Of a stretch of DNA of 64,000 nucleotides, positions 31,735-41,440 are shown one piece after another. The stretch comes from Promethearchaeota archaeon (GTDB lineage: Archaea > Asgardarchaeota > Lokiarchaeia > Sigyniarchaeales > SOKP01), in assembly GCA_048941265.1 (NCBI GenBank), contig JBHLNT010000006.1:1-64000 (forward strand), in the 5' to 3' direction. The notes under the pieces were generated by a model, which did no database searches, was not told where the DNA came from, and saw nothing but the letters and a program-made list of their open reading frames with translations. A program made the translations under genes and the position numbers. Within the stretch, counting starts at the first letter, position 1; the number at the start of each line of letters is the position of its first letter.

Positions 31735-32301
31735 TTATGTCACCTTCTCCTCAAATCCTCCTAAATCCATATCCTCTATATGTGCTTCAAATGAAATTAA
31801 TCCCATGGAGTATTTAGCTGAGATATTTAATTCTTTTGCTTCAAAATCAAAAACGGGATCCCTTGTCAGATCTGCATTCAGAGCAATATCGGTAAAATTT
31901 ATATATTCTATATCATCTTTATCGATGGAAATTTTAAATTTTTTGCTCTCTCCAGCGGGGATGGTTGCAAACGACTTCTTATCTTCATAGAGTTTCACTC
32001 CGGTTGAAACATTTCCGCTAGCTGTAACTCGATCATACACCAAATTTAATATTAACTCGACTTTTAGATCTTCCAAGTCAAAATACCCCAAATTATTAAT
32101 TTCAAATTCAACGTTAATCTCAAACGTATTAGGATCAAGAAATGGATTTCCCTCGTAATCCACATCAACATTAATATTTTTTTCATTGGTTAATATGAGT
32201 GCCGCAGAATAGCCTCCTAAAAATGATACAAATGACATTGATGAAGCTAATATAAAGAGGAAGATTCGAACAATTAATCGAAAGATTCTTTCTGGTCTCA
32301 T
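31735..32301 (-). CDS. Membrane-anchored protein with beta-sandwich (LEA_2-like) domain
   Basis: N-terminal TM helix, 'VEFEINNLGYFDL' pattern; AGGAG SD. Confidence 0.55.
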   Translation of the reverse strand: MRPERIFRLIVRIFLFILASSMSFVSFLGGYSAALILTNEKNINVDVDYEGNPFLDPNTFEINVEFEINNLGYFDLEDLKVELILNLVYDRVTASGNVSTGVKLYEDKKSFATIPAGESKKFKISIDKDDIEYINFTDIALNADLTRDPVFDFEAKELNISAKYSMGLISFEAHIEDMDLGGFEEKVT

Positions 32302-32507
32302 AATTGTTCTCCTAAATTCTTTTTATAATTTTCATTTATTTTTATAAAATTTTATAGGTAAATATGATTAACACAATTATAGACTTTCATCTATTAAAAT
32401 TTATATTTTTTCTAATTATTATAGAATGAATATTTTGATGTTTATACCCAAATGATTTCGGTTAAAATATAATAGTAAATAATAAAAAAAATGGTGTTAA
32501 ATAAAAA

Positions 32508-32564
32508 GAAAACGGACGCAACCGCAAATCACTAATCTTCTAAAATTTATCAAGAATAGTTCAT
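32508..32564 (-). promoter_or_regulatory. Eukaryote-type SECIS-like element plus GC hairpin, 3' of the 32579..32941 gene
   Basis: Minus strand reads AUGA-ACUAUUCUU-GAUAAAUUUUAG-AAGAUUAGU-GAUU-U-GCGG-UUGCGU-CCGU; begins 14 nt after the stop. Confidence 0.8.
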
Positions 32565-32578
32565 TTTTTTAAAAAAAT

Positions 32579-32941
32579 TTATGATTTTTCTATTTCCAAT
32601 AAAAATGAGCCTTTATATTTGCCAAATAGTTTCCACGTTCTCGCGTTGATTTTAATATTGTTTGAATTGATTTCTAATTCATTTTTCAGATTTTTATCAA
32701 TATACACTTCAAAACTATTAGTTCCAACATCGATTTGTTTCCACTTTTCAAAATGCGAATTCTTAGCAATTTTAGGTTTCTCAATTAATTGAACGATATC
32801 ACTGCAGAAAGTTCCAGATCAAGATCTCGTAAAATACCTATAAATAACAAGTACTAACTCATCTAATCCATCTTTTTTAAGATATTTATTTTGTTTTTCC
32901 TGCAGTAAATTAAAGGCTTCTTCTGAAATTTCTAAATTTAT
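32579..32941 (-). CDS. HesB/IscA-like putative selenoprotein (Sec at codon 41, UxxxxC); missed by ORF track; probable ATA start
   Basis: Manual translation (M)NLEISEEAFNLLQEKQNKYLKKDGLDELVLVIYRYFTRS[TGA 32821-32819]SGTFCSDIVQLIEK...FEVYIDKNL...LLEIEKS*; GGTGA 6 nt before ATA; SECIS-like 3' element. Confidence 0.75.
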
Positions 32942-33063
32942 AAATAATCACCCGTTCTTTATTCTATTATTGATTTGAATTGTTTTTTATATATAAATAA
33001 AGGAGAGTACTAAAAAAAATATGGTTTATATTTTAAAATTTCGAAAAAAAATTTATTTATAAT

Positions 33064-33408
33064 TTATCTTTTTTGCTCCTTTAAAATAAGAGAAACATAT
33101 TCCTCATGAAATTTCTTAGTTATTTGTATATCTATCAAAATTTCTGCTTTTTCTGGAAAATCACTTAATATTCTCTTTTCAATATAAATAGGAACAATAA
33201 TACCATAACCATCATCGACTTCTCCATATTTTTCATAGGATGATGGGTCAATTTTTTCTTCTTTAAAATTCAACTCAAGAAAATAATCTGAATATGAACC
33301 CGCACAAGCTTGTTTGCTAATTTGGTAAATAATGATCACAGGTTTTTCATTCTTAACCTTAATATTTTCACGAAGATAATCAATTGCTTCTTTTGTTAAA
33401 GAAAACAT
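33064..33408 (-). CDS. HesB/IscA-like protein, Cys-containing paralog of the flanking putative selenoproteins
   Basis: MFSLTKEAIDYL...IIIYQISKQACAGSYS...PIYIEKRI aligns with both neighbours; no SECIS-like element downstream. Confidence 0.7.
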   Translation of the reverse strand: MFSLTKEAIDYLRENIKVKNEKPVIIIYQISKQACAGSYSDYFLELNFKEEKIDPSSYEKYGEVDDGYGIIVPIYIEKRILSDFPEKAEILIDIQITKKFHEEYVSLILKEQKR

Positions 33409-33462
33409 CTTAAAATTCTTTTATTTAAATTTATTATATCTTTTTTTTTTTTGTTAATATAT

Positions 33463-33517
33463 GAAACGGTCGCTTCCGCAAATCGTTTTTCTTCTACCAT
33501 TTTAAAGAAAAACTCAT
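33463..33517 (-). promoter_or_regulatory. Eukaryote-type SECIS-like element plus GC hairpin, 3' of the 33521..33901 gene
   Basis: Minus strand reads AUGA-GUUUUUCUU-UAAAAUGGUAG-AAGAAAAAC-GAUU-U-GCGG-AAGCGA-CCGU; perfect 9-bp stem; begins 3 nt after the stop. Confidence 0.82.
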
Positions 33518-33520
33518 ATT

Positions 33521-33901
33521 TTAACCATATACATCTTTTTGTTTCTTTATAAATAATAAACCAATTTGTTCACCGTTCAATTCCCCAATTGCAATATCGA
33601 TAAATACTACTTTTTTTTCCTTGAATTCTGAGATCAAATCGTTTTCTATGTAAATTTCAATATCAGGGTTATCTTCAATCTCTTTCCATTGAAAAAAATT
33701 TTCCTTCTCATCAAGAACTTTATGCTTTTCCACCAATTCGATGACATTACCACAGAATGCCATCGTTCAATTTCCTCCAGAATAGTAAAAAATTGCTAGG
33801 ACAAATTTATCTACCTGGTTCAATAACTCATTCTCTTCAAATGGTTTATTTTTATTGTTTATATAATCCAATGCTTTTTTTGAGATTTGTATCTTAAACA
33901 A
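33521..33901 (-). CDS. HesB/IscA-like putative selenoprotein (Sec at codon 45, UxxxxC); ORF track shows only the C-terminal part
   Basis: TTG start at 33901 after AGGTGG; MFKIQISKKALDYINNKNKPFEENELLNQVDKFVLAIFYYSGGN[TGA 33769-33767]TMAFCGNVIELVEK...IEIYIENDL...; SECIS-like 3' element. Confidence 0.78.
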
Positions 33902-34126
33902 AAACCACCTATTATAATACTTGAATAATTTATACTAGTGAAATTAATAGATAAATTTTTTCAAAAAGCTTTGGAATTCTCAATCTTTAAACATTAACTT
34001 CAAAAGCCAGAAGGATTTTTTTATGATCAATAATTACCAATACCATTAAGTAGAAATATCATTAGTTCTACATTTTTTTTAAAGATTTAACAATAAACTG
34101 TTAAGTAAAAATTTAATTAAATTAGA

Positions 34127-36994
34127 GTGGAAATAATGGATATAAACGCATATTCATTGGAAGTTCAAGATGTAGTTAACAAAATGGATACTTCATTGGA
34201 AACAGGATTATCGGAAAAAGAAGTAAATAGAAGAATTGAAGAATATGGTTTTAATGAGTTAAGAGAAACTAAAAAAATTTCAGCATGGGAAATCTTTTTG
34301 AGTCAGTTTAAAGATTTTCTGGTTTACTTATTATTGTTTGCAATTGCTATATCCCTTATTGTTGGATTTTATGCACTCTCTGTTGGGGACGAACCTACTG
34401 AGTTCTTAGATGCTTTAGTAATTTTCATAATATTAATTGTCAATGCGGTTTTAGGATTTTATCAAGAGTATAAAGCTGAAAAAGCATTAGAAAGCTTAAA
34501 AAGGATGGCCCCCCATAATGCTAAAGTTAAAAGAAATGGGATCATAAAAGAAATCGAGGTAAAAAATGTAGTGCCCGGAGATATCTTGCAATTGGATGAG
34601 GGCGATAAATTACCTGCTGATGCAAGGTTGACAAAAGCATATTCGTTATATATTGACGAAGCGATTCTTACTGGTGAATCTCAACCTGTTGGAAAAAATC
34701 TTAAATTAATTGAAGAAAAAACAATTCTCGCAGAACGTAAGAATATGGTATATAGTAATACAATAATTACTCGAGGTAACGGAGAAGCAATTGCTGTAGC
34801 AACCGGAATGCAGACAGAGATTGGAAAAATTGCTGAAAAAATTCAAGCAGAAGAACCTCAACCAAGCCCATTTCAAATTGAAGTTGACCGTTTTGGAAAA
34901 ACATTAGGAAAATTTATAATGATCATATGTTTTTTGGTTTTTTTAATAGAATTCTTTATAATCATATTAACTGAGGGTTTAGAATTTGGAAGGGAAGAAA
35001 TTGATCATATAGTTGCCGCTTTAACGATAGCAATAAGTCTTGCAGTTTCTGCTGTACCAGAAGGATTAGTAGTTGTAATAACAGTAGTTATGAGTATTGG
35101 AATGAGAAAGATGGCAGATAGAAATGCATTGGTGAAGACTCTTACTGCTGTTGAAACTTTAGGACGGGTAAATATAATATGCTCAGATAAAACAGGTACA
35201 CTCACTAAAAATGAGATGACTATCGTAAAACTATTTCTCGGAGGAAATGAATATAATGTAGAGGGCGTGGGTTATAATATTGAGGGAAAAATTTTAAATG
35301 AATCTGGAAATACTGTGTCATTGGACTTACCCTATTTAAAGAGATTTTTAGAAGTAGGGAATTTTTGTAATAATTCAAATGTAATTGTTAATGAGGATGG
35401 AGTAAATACAGATGTTGTGGGAGACCCGACTGAGATCTGCTTTAAAATTTTAGCATTGAAAATGGGTCTTGATACAAAAGCTGAGAAGCTTAATGAAATC
35501 CCCTTTAGCTCTGATAGAAAAATGATGTCTGTTGCAATAAAAATCGATAATAAAATATATTCTTTTCTTAAAGGAGCACCCGATGTTTTATTAAAAAATG
35601 CAACAAAAGGACTTTATAATGGTGAAGAAAAACCAATTAAAGAGCTTATTGACACATTTCTTAAAAAAAATGAAGAGTATGGTAAGAATGCTTTAAGAGT
35701 ATTAGGATTGGCATATAAACCGCTTAATGAAGTTTTTAATGAAGAAGATATGGAAAAAGATTATATATATCTCGGACTTGTAGGCATTATTGATCCCGCT
35801 CGAGATGAGGTTAAAAAATCAATAGTTCAAGCAAGAATGGCAGGAATTCGAACTATTATGATCACAGGAGATCATAAAATTACCGCAATTGCGATTGCTA
35901 AAGAGATTGGTTTAACTGATTCCGATGATGCTATAACAGGTGCGGAGTTAGAGGAGATGTCGGATGAAAATTTAGCAAATCAGCTTCAAAATGTTGATGT
36001 ATTTGCAAGAGTAACATCGGAGCATAAATTACGTATCCTTAAAGTCTTAAAGACTCAAGAAAATGTAGTTTCGATGACAGGTGATGGAGTTAACGATGCC
36101 CCCGCGGTAAAAGGAGCAAACGTTGGAGTTGCAATGGGCTTAAAGGGAACCGAAGTCACCCAAGAAGCGTCGGATATGATCCTTATTGATGATAATTATG
36201 CTACCATTGTAAATGCGATCGAAGAAGGAAGGGGTATTTTTGAAACTACTAAAAGTTTCTTTAGATATATGTTAAGCGCGAATTTTGATGAAATAATCCT
36301 AATCTTAACAGCATGGATTCTTATGAAGCTTTTTGTTAATATTTATCTCGCGATACCCCTTGAACCTATACAAATATTATGGTTAAATATTGCCACTGAT
36401 GGTATTCCCGCGATGGTCTTGGGTTTAACTCCTACTGATCCTGATGTAATGAATTTTAAACCACGTAAAGGTTTTAATATGATTGCTGATATCAAGAAAG
36501 CTATTATATTTGTGGCTGTTTTTGCAGCTATTACTGATGTGGTATTATATGTTGTTTGTTGGTCAATTTTAATTCCTGCTTGGAGTGATCCAAATTCACC
36601 GTGGTATGATCCTCGTTTAGTCAATGGAACTACGATTTGGGGCGTGAAATATACAGCAGAGGAGTATCAAATTGGTGTAGTACAAACGATTGTTTTTACT
36701 AATGTAGTCTTTTTCGAATTATTTTTTGTATTTTCATGTACTTCTGAATATAAACCAATGTGGGATTTCCCAAACAAACATTTATTCTGGGCCACAGCAA
36801 TATCATTTGGATTACAAATTGCAATTTTATTTACACCACTTTGCATCGCATTCCACGCAGTACCGATGGATCGATGGTTTCACTGGTTAGCAATTTTTTT
36901 AGGTTCAATTTTTATTCTACCTGCGGAAGAAACAAGAAAATACTTTAAGAGAAGAAATCTTCAGAAAAGTCCACAAAATTTTGAGATCTCATAA
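34127..36994 (+). CDS. Cation-transporting P-type ATPase, type IIA (SERCA-like)
   Basis: TGES, PEGL, DKTGTLT, KGAP, TGD, GDGVND, NIATDG. Confidence 0.93.
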   Translation: MEIMDINAYSLEVQDVVNKMDTSLETGLSEKEVNRRIEEYGFNELRETKKISAWEIFLSQFKDFLVYLLLFAIAISLIVGFYALSVGDEPTEFLDALVIFIILIVNAVLGFYQEYKAEKALESLKRMAPHNAKVKRNGIIKEIEVKNVVPGDILQLDEGDKLPADARLTKAYSLYIDEAILTGESQPVGKNLKLIEEKTILAERKNMVYSNTIITRGNGEAIAVATGMQTEIGKIAEKIQAEEPQPSPFQIEVDRFGKTLGKFIMIICFLVFLIEFFIIILTEGLEFGREEIDHIVAALTIAISLAVSAVPEGLVVVITVVMSIGMRKMADRNALVKTLTAVETLGRVNIICSDKTGTLTKNEMTIVKLFLGGNEYNVEGVGYNIEGKILNESGNTVSLDLPYLKRFLEVGNFCNNSNVIVNEDGVNTDVVGDPTEICFKILALKMGLDTKAEKLNEIPFSSDRKMMSVAIKIDNKIYSFLKGAPDVLLKNATKGLYNGEEKPIKELIDTFLKKNEEYGKNALRVLGLAYKPLNEVFNEEDMEKDYIYLGLVGIIDPARDEVKKSIVQARMAGIRTIMITGDHKITAIAIAKEIGLTDSDDAITGAELEEMSDENLANQLQNVDVFARVTSEHKLRILKVLKTQENVVSMTGDGVNDAPAVKGANVGVAMGLKGTEVTQEASDMILIDDNYATIVNAIEEGRGIFETTKSFFRYMLSANFDEIILILTAWILMKLFVNIYLAIPLEPIQILWLNIATDGIPAMVLGLTPTDPDVMNFKPRKGFNMIADIKKAIIFVAVFAAITDVVLYVVCWSILIPAWSDPNSPWYDPRLVNGTTIWGVKYTAEEYQIGVVQTIVFTNVVFFELFFVFSCTSEYKPMWDFPNKHLFWATAISFGLQIAILFTPLCIAFHAVPMDRWFHWLAIFLGSIFILPAEETRKYFKRRNLQKSPQNFEIS

Positions 36995-37209
36995 AAAGCG
37001 ATCAGATTAAACAAGTTTAAACCTTTTTTTTTATGTTCTGTATACATCTAAGTATTTTAAAAATTTAAACTAAATATTTTAAAAATTTAAAAATCCAAAT
37101 TTATGACTATGACACTTTATTCCTTTAGGTTATCTTTTTAAATCTTATTTATTTTTTAATTTCATGTCATCTTTATTTTTTAATTATTTATTGAAATTGC
37201 GGATCAATT

Positions 37210-40068
37210 ATGACGATTAAAGAAGTATATCCTCATGCGATGGATATTAATGAAGTCGCAAAATCATTGGACACATTATTAAGCACGGGAATATCAGACC
37301 AAGAAGCTGAGAAACGATTAGATGAATATGGTTTAAATGAATTAATCCAAAGAAAAAAAATCTCTCCGCTTGCTATTTTTATTGAGCAGTTTAAAGATTT
37401 TCTCGTTTATTTGCTATTTTTTGCAATCGGCATTTCGATAATTGTGGGCTTTTATGAACTTTCCAAGGGTGGATTTCCCTCAGAATTCTTAGATGCCTTA
37501 GTTATTTTCATTATTTTAATTTTAAATGCAATTTTGGGATTTTATCAGGAATTTAAGGCGGAAAAATCCTTAGAAAGCTTGAAAAAATTAGCCCCTCATT
37601 ACGCTAAGGTCAAGAGAGGGGGAAAAATTAAACAAATCAGTGTTAAAGAAGTGGTGCCCGGAGATGTCATTCAACTAGACGAGGGTGAAAAAATACCTGC
37701 CGACGCTCGATTAACAAAGGCTTTCTCGTTATATGTAGATGAAGCTATTCTTACTGGAGAGTCAAAACCAGTTCATAAAAATTTAGATTTAGTGGACAAA
37801 AAAACGATATTGGCAGATAGAAAGAATAGTATCTACAGCAACACTATAATAACAAGGGGAAACGGAGAGGCAATTGTTATCGCTACAGGGATGCAAACTG
37901 AAGTTGGAAAAATTGCCGAAAAAATTCAAGAAGAAGAGCCAGAACCAAGTCCTTTTCAGCAAGAAGTTGATCGATTCGGAAGATTTCTTGGAAAAATGAT
38001 TATGCTTGTATGTTTTCTCGTATTTGCTATAGAATTAGTAATTATTATAACCTTTGAGGGACTTAGATTTCAGGCAGAAGAAATAGAAGAGATTATAAAT
38101 GCGTTAACAGTTGCGATAAGCCTTGCAGTTTCTGCCGTACCAGAAGGGTTGGTAGTAGTTATTACGGTTGTAATGAGTTTAGGAATGAGACGAATGGCCG
38201 ATAAAAATGCATTAGTAAAAACTCTTACTGCTGTTGAGACGTTAGGACGTGTAAACGTCATATGCTCAGATAAAACAGGAACATTGACTAAAAACGAAAT
38301 GACGGTCGTACGGATTTTTATCAATGATGAGGTCTATAAAGTTGATGGAGTAGGATATAATATAATTGGGAAAATCCTTGATGAAAATAATAATGTAATA
38401 CAAATGAATCTTAATCTGATGCGTTTTTTAGAAGTTAGTATGTTTTGCAATAATTCTAGTGTAAATATCATGAATGATGATGGTGATACGGAAGTTGTGG
38501 GCGATCCTACAGAAATTTCGTTAAAAGTTTTGGCAATGAAAATGAATATAGCAACGAAAATAGAAAAAATCGATGAGATACCTTTTAACTCAGATAGAAA
38601 AATGATGACTGTTATCGCAAGAATTAATGGGGAATTATTTGCACTAATTAAAGGAGCACCAGATGTCTTATTGAAAAAAGCAAGTAAAATTTTATACCAG
38701 GATCAGGATGTACCAATAGAGAAAGCTGAAAAAATGATTTTGGAGCAAAATGAATATTTTGCAAAAGAAGCTTTACGAGTATTAGGAATAGCTTATAAAC
38801 CTCTAATTGAAGGATATAATGAAGAAGAGGTTGAAAAAGATTTTATTTTCTTAGGTTTAGTTGGGATCATCGATCCTGCTAGAGATGAAGTAAAAGGGTC
38901 TATAGAAGAAGCAAGAAATGCGGGCATCAGAACTATAATGATTACAGGAGATCATAAAATTACTGCAATTGCGATAGCTAGACAAATTGGATTAACAGAT
39001 AATGATGAGGCGATTACTGGGGCTGAATTGGAAGAAATGTCCGATGCTGAATTAGCGCATAGAGTTAAAAATACCGATGTTTTTGCAAGAGTAACTTCCG
39101 AACATAAACTTCGCATTTTAAACGCACTAAAAGCTGAACAAGATATTGTTTCCATGACAGGAGATGGAGTAAATGATGCCCCCGCCGTAAAAGGTGCAAA
39201 TGTTGGAGTCGCGATGGGGCTTAAAGGAACAGAAGTTACCCAAGAAGCGGCAGATATGATCCTAATTGATGATAATTACACTACGATCGTTAATGCTATT
39301 GAGGAAGGGAGAGGAATATTCGAAACTACTAAGAGTTTTTTTAGATACATGCTAAGTTGTAATTTTGACGAAATCATAATGATTTTAGTAGCATGGATTT
39401 TGATGAAAATTTATGTTAATGTTTATCTAGCTCAACCACTAGAAGCTATACAAATTTTATGGTTAAATGTTGCAACAGATGGAATTCCAGCAATGGTATT
39501 AGGATTAACTCCAACAGAACCTAATGTTATGGAACATAAGCCACGTAAAGGCTTTAATATGATTTCAGATATAAAAAAGGCAATCATCTTTGCTGCAGTC
39601 TTTGCTGCAATAACAGATGTAGGATTATATGTAATAGTATGGTGGTTAATTAGAGGTCCTACAGGAGATGGGGGGATTTGGATGAATATGGACCCCCGGC
39701 TAGTAAATGGAGCGACTTTCTGGGGAATTAAATATTCTGCAGAAGAATATCAAATAGCAGTGGCACAATCTATTGTTTTTACAAATGTCGTATTTTTTGA
39801 ATTATTTTTTGTATTTTCATGCACCTCTGAAAGTAGACCTGTATGGGAATTTCGAAATAAGCACTTATTTTGGGCCACTGGAATTTCATTCGCCTTACAC
39901 TTATGTATTCTATTTACACCATTAGCTATTGCTTTCCATACAGTCCCAATGGATAGATGGTATCACTGGGCAGCTATCTTTTTAGGCTCAGTCTTTATAA
40001 TTCCAGCTGAAGAAATGAGAAAATACTTAGTTAGACGAAAAAAAAAAGCAATGGAAATAATTTATTGA
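37210..40068 (+). CDS. Cation-transporting P-type ATPase, type IIA (tandem paralog)
   Basis: Same motifs; strongly similar to the upstream gene along its length. Confidence 0.93.
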   Translation: MTIKEVYPHAMDINEVAKSLDTLLSTGISDQEAEKRLDEYGLNELIQRKKISPLAIFIEQFKDFLVYLLFFAIGISIIVGFYELSKGGFPSEFLDALVIFIILILNAILGFYQEFKAEKSLESLKKLAPHYAKVKRGGKIKQISVKEVVPGDVIQLDEGEKIPADARLTKAFSLYVDEAILTGESKPVHKNLDLVDKKTILADRKNSIYSNTIITRGNGEAIVIATGMQTEVGKIAEKIQEEEPEPSPFQQEVDRFGRFLGKMIMLVCFLVFAIELVIIITFEGLRFQAEEIEEIINALTVAISLAVSAVPEGLVVVITVVMSLGMRRMADKNALVKTLTAVETLGRVNVICSDKTGTLTKNEMTVVRIFINDEVYKVDGVGYNIIGKILDENNNVIQMNLNLMRFLEVSMFCNNSSVNIMNDDGDTEVVGDPTEISLKVLAMKMNIATKIEKIDEIPFNSDRKMMTVIARINGELFALIKGAPDVLLKKASKILYQDQDVPIEKAEKMILEQNEYFAKEALRVLGIAYKPLIEGYNEEEVEKDFIFLGLVGIIDPARDEVKGSIEEARNAGIRTIMITGDHKITAIAIARQIGLTDNDEAITGAELEEMSDAELAHRVKNTDVFARVTSEHKLRILNALKAEQDIVSMTGDGVNDAPAVKGANVGVAMGLKGTEVTQEAADMILIDDNYTTIVNAIEEGRGIFETTKSFFRYMLSCNFDEIIMILVAWILMKIYVNVYLAQPLEAIQILWLNVATDGIPAMVLGLTPTEPNVMEHKPRKGFNMISDIKKAIIFAAVFAAITDVGLYVIVWWLIRGPTGDGGIWMNMDPRLVNGATFWGIKYSAEEYQIAVAQSIVFTNVVFFELFFVFSCTSESRPVWEFRNKHLFWATGISFALHLCILFTPLAIAFHTVPMDRWYHWAAIFLGSVFIIPAEEMRKYLVRRKKKAMEIIY

Positions 40069-40337
40069 TTTCCTTTTTTTCTTTCATTTTTAAAGTTGTT
40101 TTTTTCTTAGAAAGTAAAATTATATTTAGTTAAATTTCAATATTCTATATTTTGAATCTTCGGTGAAAATTCATTATTTTATTAAAGTGTATTAAGCTGA
40201 TACATTTTCTCTCAAGTCTAAAATCTTAGTTATAATTATATTTATCATTATTTTTAGGGCTATTTTTTATTAAAATAATTCTTGGATTATTCATATTTGG
40301 AAATTGATGATAATTTAACTAAAGTTTTTTAGCAAAA

Positions 40338-41411
40338 GTGACTTCACTAAATTTAATAAATAATTATTCAAAATTAAAAATAAGAGTTGAAATCATATTG
40401 AGTGTAGATATAACCGAAGGTATTGGAAGTGGGAAAGTTACAATTAAAGTTATTACAACAAACACAGTAAGCATTACGGTATTGACTGAAAAAAAATTTG
40501 GGGGAAAAGTCATACAACCTGAAGCTAAAGCTAATAGAGCAGTAGGAGAACATGGATTATCAATGAGTATTGAAATAGAAGGAGAGGGAAGTTCTCATCT
40601 TTTCTTATTCGATACAGGAGGACTCTCACAAGCGATAATTGAGAATGGTAAACAACTAGGATTAAAACTGAATGATGTTGAAAAACTAATTATTAGTCAT
40701 GGACATTTTGATCATTGGGGAGGTTTAACTGCTGTTATCCCATTGCTTAAAGAGGGAACAGAAATTATTTTAAATCCTAAATGTTTTGAGCAAAATTATG
40801 CAGCAATCAGTAAAACTGGCGAAGAGATTCCTGCTGAAGAATTAAGTGCAAATCTTAAACAATTGGAAAAAGAAGGAAAACTTAGAATGAGCAGAAAATT
40901 ACCTCTATTTAATAAGAATATGGTAAATGATTTAGCAGATAAACATAACCTAAAACTTATAGAAACTAACACACCTACTAAACTATATAATGGAATAACT
41001 ACAAGTGGCGAAATAGAACTATTTGATGATGATGAGGTGACAAAGAATTTATATATTCAAAAAAGTAGAAAAGAATTTGAAAAGCATCTATTCAGAGATG
41101 AAACTTCTATTTATATAAATATAAAAGATAAAGGTTTAGTTGTTTTAACTGGTTGTGGGCACTGTGGTATATTAAATACAATTAAGCATGCTCAAAAATT
41201 AACTGGCATTGACAAAATTTATGCTGTTATAGGAGGTTTCCATGAAGAATGGAACCCAATTGAGAAAATAGAGAAGAAAGTGAAATATTTTGAAGAACTT
41301 AATCCGGAAATAATCTGTGGCATGCATTGTACCGGTTTTGAATTTAATAAATTAATGTCCCGACACCCCTCCCACACACTTGGAGTTTCAGGAACTGAGT
41401 TTCATCTCTAA
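40338..41411 (+). CDS. MBL-fold metallo-hydrolase (MJ0448 / dihydropterin-related subfamily)
   Basis: EHGLS, LFDTG, SHGHFDH, GCGH.G, GGFH, HCTG; real start may be TTG at 40398. Confidence 0.85.
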   Translation: MTSLNLINNYSKLKIRVEIILSVDITEGIGSGKVTIKVITTNTVSITVLTEKKFGGKVIQPEAKANRAVGEHGLSMSIEIEGEGSSHLFLFDTGGLSQAIIENGKQLGLKLNDVEKLIISHGHFDHWGGLTAVIPLLKEGTEIILNPKCFEQNYAAISKTGEEIPAEELSANLKQLEKEGKLRMSRKLPLFNKNMVNDLADKHNLKLIETNTPTKLYNGITTSGEIELFDDDEVTKNLYIQKSRKEFEKHLFRDETSIYINIKDKGLVVLTGCGHCGILNTIKHAQKLTGIDKIYAVIGGFHEEWNPIEKIEKKVKYFEELNPEIICGMHCTGFEFNKLMSRHPSHTLGVSGTEFHL

Positions 41412-41440
41412 TCTAAAACTTATTTTTTTTATTTTTCTTC

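Noticed and set aside
32508-33517. The two similar intergenic sequences as CRISPR repeats or mobile-element ends
   Set aside because: Only two imperfect copies about 950 nt apart in direct orientation, no cas or transposase genes; better explained as 3' UTR RNA elements
32579-33901. Interpreting the two TGA-containing genes as pseudogenes or split ORFs
   Set aside because: Both TGAs fall on the same aligned Cys position, there are no other lesions, and each gene has its own covarying SECIS-like element
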